10,596 nt of DNA from a bacterium (GCA_043811375.1 JBDRNJ010000033.1:1-10596), one strand, 5' to 3'; positions 1-8,768 are shown, numbered from the stretch's first letter. Notes: a model not told the origin generated them from the letters alone. Numbers and translations: made by a program.

Positions 1-1
1 C

Positions 2-1678
<1,677 letters not shown>

Positions 1679-1742
1679 GAATACCGGCAGCTGAGAACTG
1701 AACTGCTGAAAGAATGACTGTCGCAACATTGAATAGGACTAG

Positions 1743-2486
1743 ATGGCCGGATACATCGGAAGATACATATTGATGGCCCTGGTGTCTGTCTGGTTGTTCT
1801 GTAATGAGACGGTGAGTGCATCCCGTAATGATGGTGAAATCGCACGATCGGCATTGGTTTTCCAGATTGCTGGCAGTAACCCCGGAATGGATTGGTCGAG
1901 TACTGTATATGCAAATATCACCGATTTTACCAACGTCAGTGGGTATGGTACTGCCGAAGCCAAGAGCAAGCTTCGCGGGTCTTTTGGCATAGGTGTTTCA
2001 CGTTATATCCCCGATGGTAACTCCTGGTGGTCACCGAGGCTGGTGTACTTCTATCAGCCCCGCACAACAGCCAGCTATGATCCCGCGTCGCGAGATGATA
2101 CCCGGATTTCAGCCCACCGGTTGTCACTATCACTTCTCATTGGTAGAGAATTGGCAGGCCGGAGATTTCATGGCTACGTGGGTTTTGGTGCCACAGTAGT
2201 TATGCTGTGGTTCCATGACAGGCATGACAATCTGGGCTCGAGTGATCCATTTCAATGGCGTAATTTGTTGTCCCGGAGAAGTTATGGCCTGATCGGATTC
2301 CCCCTGATGGGTGCAATATATCCTGTGTCACCGAACCTGGGTATCAATGCTGAGCTGCAATATCAGTATGGCGGTACCAGAAAGGAGATCGCGTTTGAGA
2401 AGAACCCCTATGCCGTCTACAGCGTCTCAAGCCGGTTTTTACTGACTGGCCCAGCCGTAATCATAGGTATTATATGGTATCCTTAG
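1743..2486 (+). CDS. Putative outer-membrane beta-barrel protein (small, OmpA/OmpW-barrel-like), 247 aa
   Basis: Signal-peptide-like N-terminus (MAGYIGRYILMALVSVWLFCNETVSA) and AGGA at 1735-1738. Amphipathic aromatic/Gly-rich strands: GSFGIGVSRY, HRLSLSLLIGREL, FHGYVGFGATVVML, MGAIYPVSPNLGINAELQYQYG, and terminal strand GPAVIIGIIWYP. Confidence 0.6.
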   Translation: MAGYIGRYILMALVSVWLFCNETVSASRNDGEIARSALVFQIAGSNPGMDWSSTVYANITDFTNVSGYGTAEAKSKLRGSFGIGVSRYIPDGNSWWSPRLVYFYQPRTTASYDPASRDDTRISAHRLSLSLLIGRELAGRRFHGYVGFGATVVMLWFHDRHDNLGSSDPFQWRNLLSRRSYGLIGFPLMGAIYPVSPNLGINAELQYQYGGTRKEIAFEKNPYAVYSVSSRFLLTGPAVIIGIIWYP

Positions 2487-2529
2487 CACTCATTAACAAG
2501 GACAGCAGCATGGTGGAGATTTGACAATA

Positions 2530-3297
2530 ATGTGGAACAGACACTTAAACAAGAAACATCTGATATCCATAAGCGTCCTTCTTGGAGCCGGCTGTATCCT
2601 CACCTGTGAACCAACTCCGATTGAACCCAACTGGGCGGGACTTCAGCCGCAAATCGTTATTTGCGAAGCCTGCCGGGAAGATACTCCGGAGAATCCGCTG
2701 GTGCCTCTGGAAATAGGTTACTATTGGACCTACGAATACACAGAGTATGATTCCGCCGGTAATGTTATCTCAGTCGACCACGAGTTCATATGCCGAGTCG
2801 TCAAGGATCGCGACTGGTTGGGACAAAAGTGGTATTTCATGGCCTACCAGTGTTTTGACCCGGAATGTCACTCTTATAGTTATCTTCTGGTCAGAAACAG
2901 CCAGGCCGGGTATTGCGTCGGGGCGGACAAACAAGTAGCGCTCATGCAGTACAAGTACCCTGTCCAGGTCGATGAATCCTATTGCGACCGGCTAGAAGGA
3001 CCCTGTTCCGGTCAAAGCTTCGCTTTGGTTTCCGATACAGCGTCCATTGAGGTTCCAGCGGGAACATTTGAATGTCTCCTGTATCTTGGAATTGTGGCGT
3101 CTGACTCACTGAACAATGCAGTTGTCTCTTACCGCGCTCCGGGGTGCCCTTTATACGGTGCGACGACAACCAAGAAATATTCCACGTTGCATTACGTAGT
3201 ACCCGGTGTTGGTGTTGTCAGAACGGACGTGAGGGCACTCGGAACCCACCAGTACCTGATGCAGAGATGGGAATTGAAACAAACCAACGTGCCCTGA
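2530..3297 (+). CDS. Putative Cys-rich lipoprotein, beta-rich hypothetical protein with an EVPAGTF motif (DUF3108-like), 255 aa
   Basis: ATG at 2530 preferred over TTG 2521 because GGAG lies at 2515-2518. Basic N-region, hydrophobic stretch, then Cys (LGAGC or ILTC). Motifs PLEIGYYWTY, IEVPAGTFECL and YVVPGVGVVR recur in uncharacterised secreted beta-sheet proteins. Confidence 0.6.
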   Translation: MWNRHLNKKHLISISVLLGAGCILTCEPTPIEPNWAGLQPQIVICEACREDTPENPLVPLEIGYYWTYEYTEYDSAGNVISVDHEFICRVVKDRDWLGQKWYFMAYQCFDPECHSYSYLLVRNSQAGYCVGADKQVALMQYKYPVQVDESYCDRLEGPCSGQSFALVSDTASIEVPAGTFECLLYLGIVASDSLNNAVVSYRAPGCPLYGATTTKKYSTLHYVVPGVGVVRTDVRALGTHQYLMQRWELKQTNVP

Positions 3298-3345
3298 GAA
3301 TCGCCCGGGTTGCTCCTTCAAAATTGTTTGGAGAGGATTGAGGTT

Positions 3346-3374
3346 GGCAGGTCTCTGCGAGAGACCTGCCCTAC
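3346..3374 (-). repeat. GTAG-footed perfect palindrome (REP-like) between convergent genes; may also act as a terminator or RNA-stabilising hairpin
   Basis: Minus strand reads GTAG-GGCAGGTCTCT-CGC-AGAGACCTGCC: perfect 11-bp stem (3346-3356 with 3360-3370) and 3-nt loop, in the 3298-3391 intergenic gap. Confidence 0.6.
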
Positions 3375-3391
3375 AAGAACTGTTACCCCCC

Positions 3392-3817
3392 CTATTCTTC
3401 CTCGCCCTTGGTCGGCTCGTCGTCGGACGATTCATCGCTTTCCGGTGCGTCGTCCTCGTCCTTTTTGAACTTGTCTTTGAGTTTGGAGATTTTCTTGGCG
3501 ATCCCGGGAATGGCGTCGATGATATTATCCCACTTCCCCTTGGCCACCGGCAATAACTTAATACCGGCATCATCCATGATGATAAACGCCGCCGGCTCGA
3601 TCCTGGCGCCGCCACCACCGCCACCGCCAAAACCGCTGCGGGCTTTTTCGTCCTCGCCCTGGCCGCCCCCGGCGCCAAAGCCGACCGATATTTTCACGAT
3701 GGGTATAACGGTCCGGTTACCGACAGTAACCGGTTCGCCGATAATCGTCTCCGATTTGGCGATCTCTCGCAATTCGCCAACGACCCCCTTGAGTATGTCA
3801 ACGACGTTGTTGGACAT
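3392..3817 (-). CDS. ytfJ: YtfJ/GerW family protein (Spore_YtfJ), 141 aa
   Basis: Family signature ETIIGEPVTVGNRTVIPIVKISVGFGAGGG...GFGGGGGGGARIEPAAFIIMDDAGIKLLPV, acidic tail, strong AAAGGAG Shine-Dalgarno, and a 20-nt overlap with the upstream gene. Confidence 0.88.
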   Translation of the reverse strand: MSNNVVDILKGVVGELREIAKSETIIGEPVTVGNRTVIPIVKISVGFGAGGGQGEDEKARSGFGGGGGGGARIEPAAFIIMDDAGIKLLPVAKGKWDNIIDAIPGIAKKISKLKDKFKKDEDDAPESDESSDDEPTKGEEE

Positions 3818-4454
3818 CCTGTTCTCCTTTCTTTTTTCCTATCGCCAGTCTTATCAGTTCTCTTAAGGGCAGTCTGTAGATGAGTACGGCTGTTCGCGCC
3901 AGAAGTTTATACAGCGGCAGTGCTACCGCCACCCGCGCCGTACCGCCGAACGAAGCCCCGGTCCAGTCGGGAATGAACCGCACCCGTCCCACTACGCCGG
4001 GGGCGACCGCCAGCGCCGCCTGGTAGTAGCCGAAGACGCGACCGGTCAGATCAGGTGATTCAAAGCCTCCCTCGATTTGTCCCTCCAGCCGCTCGACTGC
4101 GACTGATTTGAGAATACCGATCAGAAACGAACCCAGCGGCTGCAAGCACTTGGAACCGACTCGCAAAATGTCTCGTAGTGACCGGGTAGCTTTCTTCGGT
4201 GGCTTTTCCCGGTGGGGTTTCTCCGGCTTCTTTTTGGGTTTGGAGGGCTTTCGCTCACCTATGGTAAACGTCTTCACCCTGATTCCCGCCAGACGGAAAA
4301 CACCTCGCGAGACGGCGAAATCAAGCTCCGGGCCGGTTCTCCCTAACCCGACAAACAGCAACCGCCGGTCCTCCGAAAGCTCAAACCGTATCCTCAGGTT
4401 CAGCAGGCAGACCGCAGCTACCACCACAACCAGTATCAGCAAAGCCGTTATCAT
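3798..4454 (-). CDS. DUF2953 domain (YtfI-like) membrane-anchored protein, 218 aa
   Basis: N-terminal transmembrane helix, Lys/Pro-rich linker (KPSKPKKKPEKPHREKPPKK), and C-terminal GGFESPDLTGRVFGYY...RFIPDW resembling DUF2953. Lies directly upstream of ytfJ, as in the ytfI-ytfJ operon. Confidence 0.72.
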   Translation of the reverse strand: MITALLILVVVVAAVCLLNLRIRFELSEDRRLLFVGLGRTGPELDFAVSRGVFRLAGIRVKTFTIGERKPSKPKKKPEKPHREKPPKKATRSLRDILRVGSKCLQPLGSFLIGILKSVAVERLEGQIEGGFESPDLTGRVFGYYQAALAVAPGVVGRVRFIPDWTGASFGGTARVAVALPLYKLLARTAVLIYRLPLRELIRLAIGKKKGEQDVQQRR

Positions 4455-4560
4455 ACTATAATATACTATCGGCAGCAGTCATCCGCCTACCCTTTTGTCT
4501 AATACAGTAATGGCCATCCGACCGAAAAATCCGGTAATCCAATTCAAAACACTTTTGCGC

Positions 4561-4588
4561 TCAACAGTTTCACTCGATCAGCCGATAA
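4561..4588 (+). promoter_or_regulatory. Putative sigma28 (FliA/SigD)-type promoter for the HD-GYP gene
   Basis: Exact GCCGATAA -10 at 4581-4588 and TCAA at 4561-4564 (16-nt spacer). SD AGGGAG at 4600-4605 and ATG at 4611 follow. Confidence 0.5.
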
Positions 4589-4610
4589 TAATTAAGGTCA
4601 GGGAGTAACT

Positions 4611-5651
4611 ATGTCTCAGGGAAATAGAGAGAACAATTCAGTTGATGGGTACTTTTCCGTCTACCTGGGGTCGTTGCGAATAGACAGCGTCCTGGATTTC
4701 GATCTCTACATCAGTGTCGGGCATGATCTCGTACTGTACCGGTCGGCCAACCTGCCGTTTACAGCCACCACTCGTGACAGTCTTCTGGAAAACAAGGTCA
4801 CTCGGTTGTATGTCTCGGCCGGTGATCGACATCAGTTCCAGCAATACGTTGAGGCCAATATCAGGCAGATTCTCAATGACCCGTCGGTCGATGAATTCAC
4901 CAAGGCCAGTATCATTTACGACAGTTCCAAGCAGTTGGTAGAGGATCTGCTGAGCAACCCCCGGCTGGCTGAAAACATCCAGCGCAGCCAGGCCATGGTC
5001 GAATCAACAGTGATGTTTATTCTGGAAGGTCAGAGTGCCTTTCAAAACATGGTTAGGGTGATGTCATTTGATTACAGCACCTATACCCATTCCGTCAACG
5101 TCTGTACCTTTGCCCTGGCGCTGGCGCGTTTTACAGGGATCGAAAGAACCGAGGAACTGAACCGCCTGGGTACCGGCGCTCTGCTGCACGATGTCGGCAA
5201 AACCAGGATTCCCGAATCGATACTTAACAAACAAGGACCTCTCACAGAAGATGAAATGGATATCGTCCGCCGGCACCCTCAGTGGGGCTGCGAGATAATC
5301 CAGGAAACTGACTTGATCTCAGAGGAATCGTATTTCCCTATCCTCCAGCATCACGAACGCGAGGATAAAACCGGCTACCCCAACGGTATCGGTTCCAACG
5401 ACGTCCATCTTTTCAGCAAAATCGTCTCCATCGCCGATGTCTTCGACGCCATGACTACCAAGCGCGTTTACCGACATGCCGTCGACACCTATCCGGCTCT
5501 CAAGGAGATGTATTCCCTGATCGATGGCTTCGATCGACGGCTTTTGGATCAGTTTACGCACCTGATGGGTCCGATTGACAGGCAACTGGGGGTATCGGGG
5601 TCGACCTCGGAGTTGGTCTACCCGGACCGGCAGAGCCGACAAACTGAATGA
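4611..5651 (+). CDS. HD-GYP domain protein, probable c-di-GMP phosphodiesterase, 346 aa
   Basis: Motifs YTYTHSVNV, ALLHDVGK, RHPQWG, QHHEREDKTGYPNG and IADVFDAMTTKRVYR, with metal ligands intact. AGGGAG SD. No recognisable REC, GAF or transmembrane sensor domain. Confidence 0.92.
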   Translation: MSQGNRENNSVDGYFSVYLGSLRIDSVLDFDLYISVGHDLVLYRSANLPFTATTRDSLLENKVTRLYVSAGDRHQFQQYVEANIRQILNDPSVDEFTKASIIYDSSKQLVEDLLSNPRLAENIQRSQAMVESTVMFILEGQSAFQNMVRVMSFDYSTYTHSVNVCTFALALARFTGIERTEELNRLGTGALLHDVGKTRIPESILNKQGPLTEDEMDIVRRHPQWGCEIIQETDLISEESYFPILQHHEREDKTGYPNGIGSNDVHLFSKIVSIADVFDAMTTKRVYRHAVDTYPALKEMYSLIDGFDRRLLDQFTHLMGPIDRQLGVSGSTSELVYPDRQSRQTE

Positions 5652-5747
5652 TTGGCAATTGACCCGATAAACCGATTTCCCACATAGATTGGTTTTCCGC
5701 TGAGCAGGTCTCTCAGGTACATATCGACGACAACGACACGGTCGTCG

Positions 5748-7781
5748 TTATCTCCGAAGTTGCGGGTACTTAGCTCTCATACTGTCGACATAGGCGGGGT
5801 CCAGACCGCGATCTACGGCATAGATATAGGCCCGGGCGGCTTGTTGAAAGGCTCCTGCGACTACATAGGAGTCACCGGTCTCACGGAAAATATGGTGCGG
5901 CACCTGCCGGAAGCGGTAAAGTCGGGTAAGAAACTGAAGTGAGCGGTCATAATCCTGCAACTGCTCGTAGACCCAGACCAGACCGATGAGGGCGTTTTTG
6001 TCGGTGTTGTCACACTGCCAGGCCTGCAAGAAGTTCTTTTCCGCCTTATGGTACTCACTTTTCGTCGAGTGCACCGTCCCCATCATAGCCAGGGTGGGAG
6101 CATGATAAGGATTGAGGCCATTGGCTATCTGAAACAGGACCAGGGCACTGTCGGTCATGCCCAGGCGCAAACAGCAGGAACCCAGATTATAGTAGCCGTC
6201 GTACAGCAACGGATTATGTTGTAGCGCCTGGTCGGCCAGCGCCATCGCCTGAACATGCTGCCCGCGGCTGAACAGTTCCCGGGCGCGATCGTTGAGAGCA
6301 ATCTCCGGGAAGAGAGCCTGTTTGTCGGATGTTACCCGGGCCGCTGCTGTCGTATCTCCAATCTGTTGATAGTAGTCAGTCAGTAGTTGCCAGGCGTTTC
6401 TGTTCCTGATCCGATCCAGTTGGAGGTAGTTTTTGAAATGCGCTATAGCGTATCGGGGCATGGTCTGGCTTGCCACCCGAGGCGCCAGGCTCAGGATTCC
6501 CAGCAGTATCGCCATCGCTACCGCTGGTCGTACAAATGAGAGTCGGTGGCGTTGATCAAGAACAGTGAAGTAGGCCAGGATCGTCAGCGGCACACCGACA
6601 ATAGAAAACAAGTCCCAGTTGCGCGGCATACCAATACCGGGATTGAAGACCGCCACCCCTATCAGCGTACCCAGCACGGCAATGCCCAGAAAGCGGTACT
6701 CGCTTCGACGCCAACGACCCCCGGACGGTAACACCAGCAACGACACCGCTAAGACCGGCAGTCCCGGTATCAACAGCATAACGAGATTGCCCAGGTCAAT
6801 AAAGTGTTTGAGGGAAAACAGCCAGTCACCCTCAACGGTGAACTGGTCCGGAACCAGCGGCAACAGCGCAAAAGTGAAAAATAAGTAGCTGGTATACAGG
6901 TAGTAATACAACACCAGCGCTGCCAGAGCCGTCACCGTTATGGTTAATACTCGGCTCTTAAGAGAGAGGTGTGCCACAGCCCGGCCGAGTGCTGTTCGTC
7001 TGAGGACCAGATACAAAAAGCTGGGCAACAATACCAGAGCCAACAAATGTAGAAAGACAGCGCCGACCAGGAGCGGCAGAGTCCACCAGGGAGATGCCCC
7101 GGATCGGGTTACTGCCAATCCCGACAGTGTGTACAACATCGTCATGGTCATCAGCAGCGCGTAGTTTTCAACATATCCGAAAAACAGCAGCATGTACCCA
7201 CCGGTAGCCAGACCCAGGAAGAACAGGCAACGATCACCGTTATCATCGAAGAGACGACGGGTCAGAATGACCGAACCCAGCAACCAGCCTACCCCGGCTG
7301 TTATCGAGGTCAACCGAAAAACCAGCAACGCGCGCGCCGCAGCCTCACCCGGGAGCAATGCGAACAGACCTTCATGTATGAGCGAGGCGCCCCGGTCCCA
7401 GATTTTCACCGACGGGATCCCTTCCGCCAGACGTGACAACAACTGGTAACCATCGCCGAGGAAATGAGTCGTGGTGCGAAAGACGATGAAACAGGCAACC
7501 AGTACGACGGAAGCAATCCCGGCCAGGATAGTAAACCTGATCCGGCTGAGACTGTCGAAGGATGCCGATTTTCGGGAAGCCAGATGGAAACCGACAGCGC
7601 CGATCAGACCCACTACCAGCAAGCCATAGCGGATGACATCCGGATAGTAAGCCCACCAGTTGACCCCCCAGAGTCGCCAATGGGGAAAATATGACGCCAA
7701 CAGGAAGAGAGCCAGGACGACCAGACACACTGCCGGTATCGCTGTCGAGCTTTTTCCTTGATGATTTATCGAGTCAGTCAT
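5748..7781 (-). CDS. Polytopic membrane protein with C-terminal TPRs; possible GT-C superfamily glycosyltransferase (TMTC-like layout), about 677 aa
   Basis: About a dozen or more hydrophobic segments followed by about 5 TPR-like repeats (e.g. ALQHNPLLYDGYYNLGSCCLRLG, ANGLNPYHAPTLAMMGTVH). Loop motifs HFLGDG, FFGYVENY and PRNWDLFS. Start placed at ATG 7781 because the 7937 start overlaps the divergent gene and a promoter-like element lies just upstream of 7781. Confidence 0.75.
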   Translation of the reverse strand: MTDSINHQGKSSTAIPAVCLVVLALFLLASYFPHWRLWGVNWWAYYPDVIRYGLLVVGLIGAVGFHLASRKSASFDSLSRIRFTILAGIASVVLVACFIVFRTTTHFLGDGYQLLSRLAEGIPSVKIWDRGASLIHEGLFALLPGEAAARALLVFRLTSITAGVGWLLGSVILTRRLFDDNGDRCLFFLGLATGGYMLLFFGYVENYALLMTMTMLYTLSGLAVTRSGASPWWTLPLLVGAVFLHLLALVLLPSFLYLVLRRTALGRAVAHLSLKSRVLTITVTALAALVLYYYLYTSYLFFTFALLPLVPDQFTVEGDWLFSLKHFIDLGNLVMLLIPGLPVLAVSLLVLPSGGRWRRSEYRFLGIAVLGTLIGVAVFNPGIGMPRNWDLFSIVGVPLTILAYFTVLDQRHRLSFVRPAVAMAILLGILSLAPRVASQTMPRYAIAHFKNYLQLDRIRNRNAWQLLTDYYQQIGDTTAAARVTSDKQALFPEIALNDRARELFSRGQHVQAMALADQALQHNPLLYDGYYNLGSCCLRLGMTDSALVLFQIANGLNPYHAPTLAMMGTVHSTKSEYHKAEKNFLQAWQCDNTDKNALIGLVWVYEQLQDYDRSLQFLTRLYRFRQVPHHIFRETGDSYVVAGAFQQAARAYIYAVDRGLDPAYVDSMRAKYPQLRR

Positions 7782-7790
7782 GATTTGTAC

Positions 7791-7819
7791 AAGGTAACAG
7801 GATGAGGCGGTATCATCAA
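7791..7819 (-). promoter_or_regulatory. Putative sigma70-type promoter for the membrane/TPR gene
   Basis: Minus strand TTGATG (7819-7814), 17-nt spacer ending in TGn, then TACCTT (7796-7791), 9 nt before ATG 7781. Confidence 0.4.
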
Positions 7820-7848
7820 CCATCTTTACAGAACCGGCGATGTGATAC

Positions 7849-7876
7849 TTGATCCCGGCATTGATAACAGTATATT
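7849..7876 (+). promoter_or_regulatory. Putative sigma70-type promoter for the amidinotransferase-family gene
   Basis: TTGATC (7849-7854), 16-nt spacer, TATATT (7871-7876), 8 nt before ATG 7885. Confidence 0.45.
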
Positions 7877-7884
7877 CTTCCGCT

Positions 7885-8763
7885 ATGCTATACGGCGGAC
7901 AGACTGAAGTCGGGCAGATTGACAGCATCCTGATCAAACGTCCGCGGGACGGTTTCGTTTCTCAAGACCATCTCAACGCTCAGTGGCAGAAACTGAACTA
8001 CCTGGCCTGCCCGGATTTCCAGCGAGCCATCGAGGAATACGATCAGTTCGTACAGTTGATGAAGCAGACTATCCCCAAAGTGCACATCCTGCCGCGCACA
8101 GAGACGCTCTCTATTGACTCCGTCTACGTGCGCGACGCTATGATTATGACCGATCGGGGAGCCATCCTGTGTAACATGGGCAAGAAGGAGCGCCGGGGCG
8201 AGCCTGAGGCCGCAGCCGACTTCCTGAAGGAACTTGAGGTACCGGTACTGGGCGCTATTACCGGCAATGGTCGACTTGAGGGTGGCGACCTGATCTGGCT
8301 GGACAACTCTACGCTGGTGGTTGGACGGGGCTACCGCACCAACGATGAAGGCATCCGTCAACTAAGAGAATTAACACGCGACCTGGTCGATCGGCTGATC
8401 GTGGTGCCGTTGCCTCATTGGTCCGGTCCCAACGACGTCATGCACCTGATGTCACTGATCAGTCCCGTTGACCATGATCTGGCGGCTGTCTACTCCCGGT
8501 TGTTGCCGGTCCCGTTTCGTGAGCTGCTGCTTGAGCGCGGGATACGCCTGGTGGAAGTTCCAGACTCTGAGTTTGAAACGATGGGCTGCAATATCCTGGC
8601 CGTCGCCCCGGGAAAATGTATCGCGCTGGAGGGCAATCCGCAGACTAAGCGACTGCTGGAAAAAGCCGGCGTAGAAGTGATGACTTATGTCGGCAACGAG
8701 ATTTCCCGCAAAGGGGCCGGTGGCCCCACCTGCCTTACCCGACCGCTGAGACGAGTAATTTGA
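7885..8763 (+). CDS. Amidinotransferase / dimethylarginine dimethylaminohydrolase / arginine deiminase (pentein) family hydrolase, 292 aa
   Basis: Motifs DSVYVRD, RRGEP, LEGGD, GRGYRTN, MHLMS, MGCNILAV and C-terminal GGPTCLTRPL with the catalytic Cys. ATG 7885 (MLYGGQTEVGQI) preferred over TTG 7849. Confidence 0.88.
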   Translation: MLYGGQTEVGQIDSILIKRPRDGFVSQDHLNAQWQKLNYLACPDFQRAIEEYDQFVQLMKQTIPKVHILPRTETLSIDSVYVRDAMIMTDRGAILCNMGKKERRGEPEAAADFLKELEVPVLGAITGNGRLEGGDLIWLDNSTLVVGRGYRTNDEGIRQLRELTRDLVDRLIVVPLPHWSGPNDVMHLMSLISPVDHDLAAVYSRLLPVPFRELLLERGIRLVEVPDSEFETMGCNILAVAPGKCIALEGNPQTKRLLEKAGVEVMTYVGNEISRKGAGGPTCLTRPLRRVI

Positions 8764-8768
8764 GGCTT

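Noticed and set aside
3606..3628. CCG/CCA trinucleotide run as a phase-variable repeat
   Set aside because: It is an imperfect run encoding the conserved Gly-rich YtfJ motif.
3151..3866. ORFs 3151-3678 (-), 3338-3556 (+) and 3408-3866 (+, poly-Pro/Ser)
   Set aside because: Alternative-frame or antisense readings of ytfJ; the poly-Pro run mirrors the Gly run.
5669..5749. Weak hairpins (AAACCGATTT/AGATTGGTTT and GACGAC/GTCGTC) as terminators
   Set aside because: The stems are short or depend on G-U pairs; too weak to call.
7782..7937. 52-aa N-terminal extension of the membrane/TPR ORF (729-aa call)
   Set aside because: It overlaps the divergent amidinotransferase-family gene and both promoter-like elements; ATG 7781 is more plausible.
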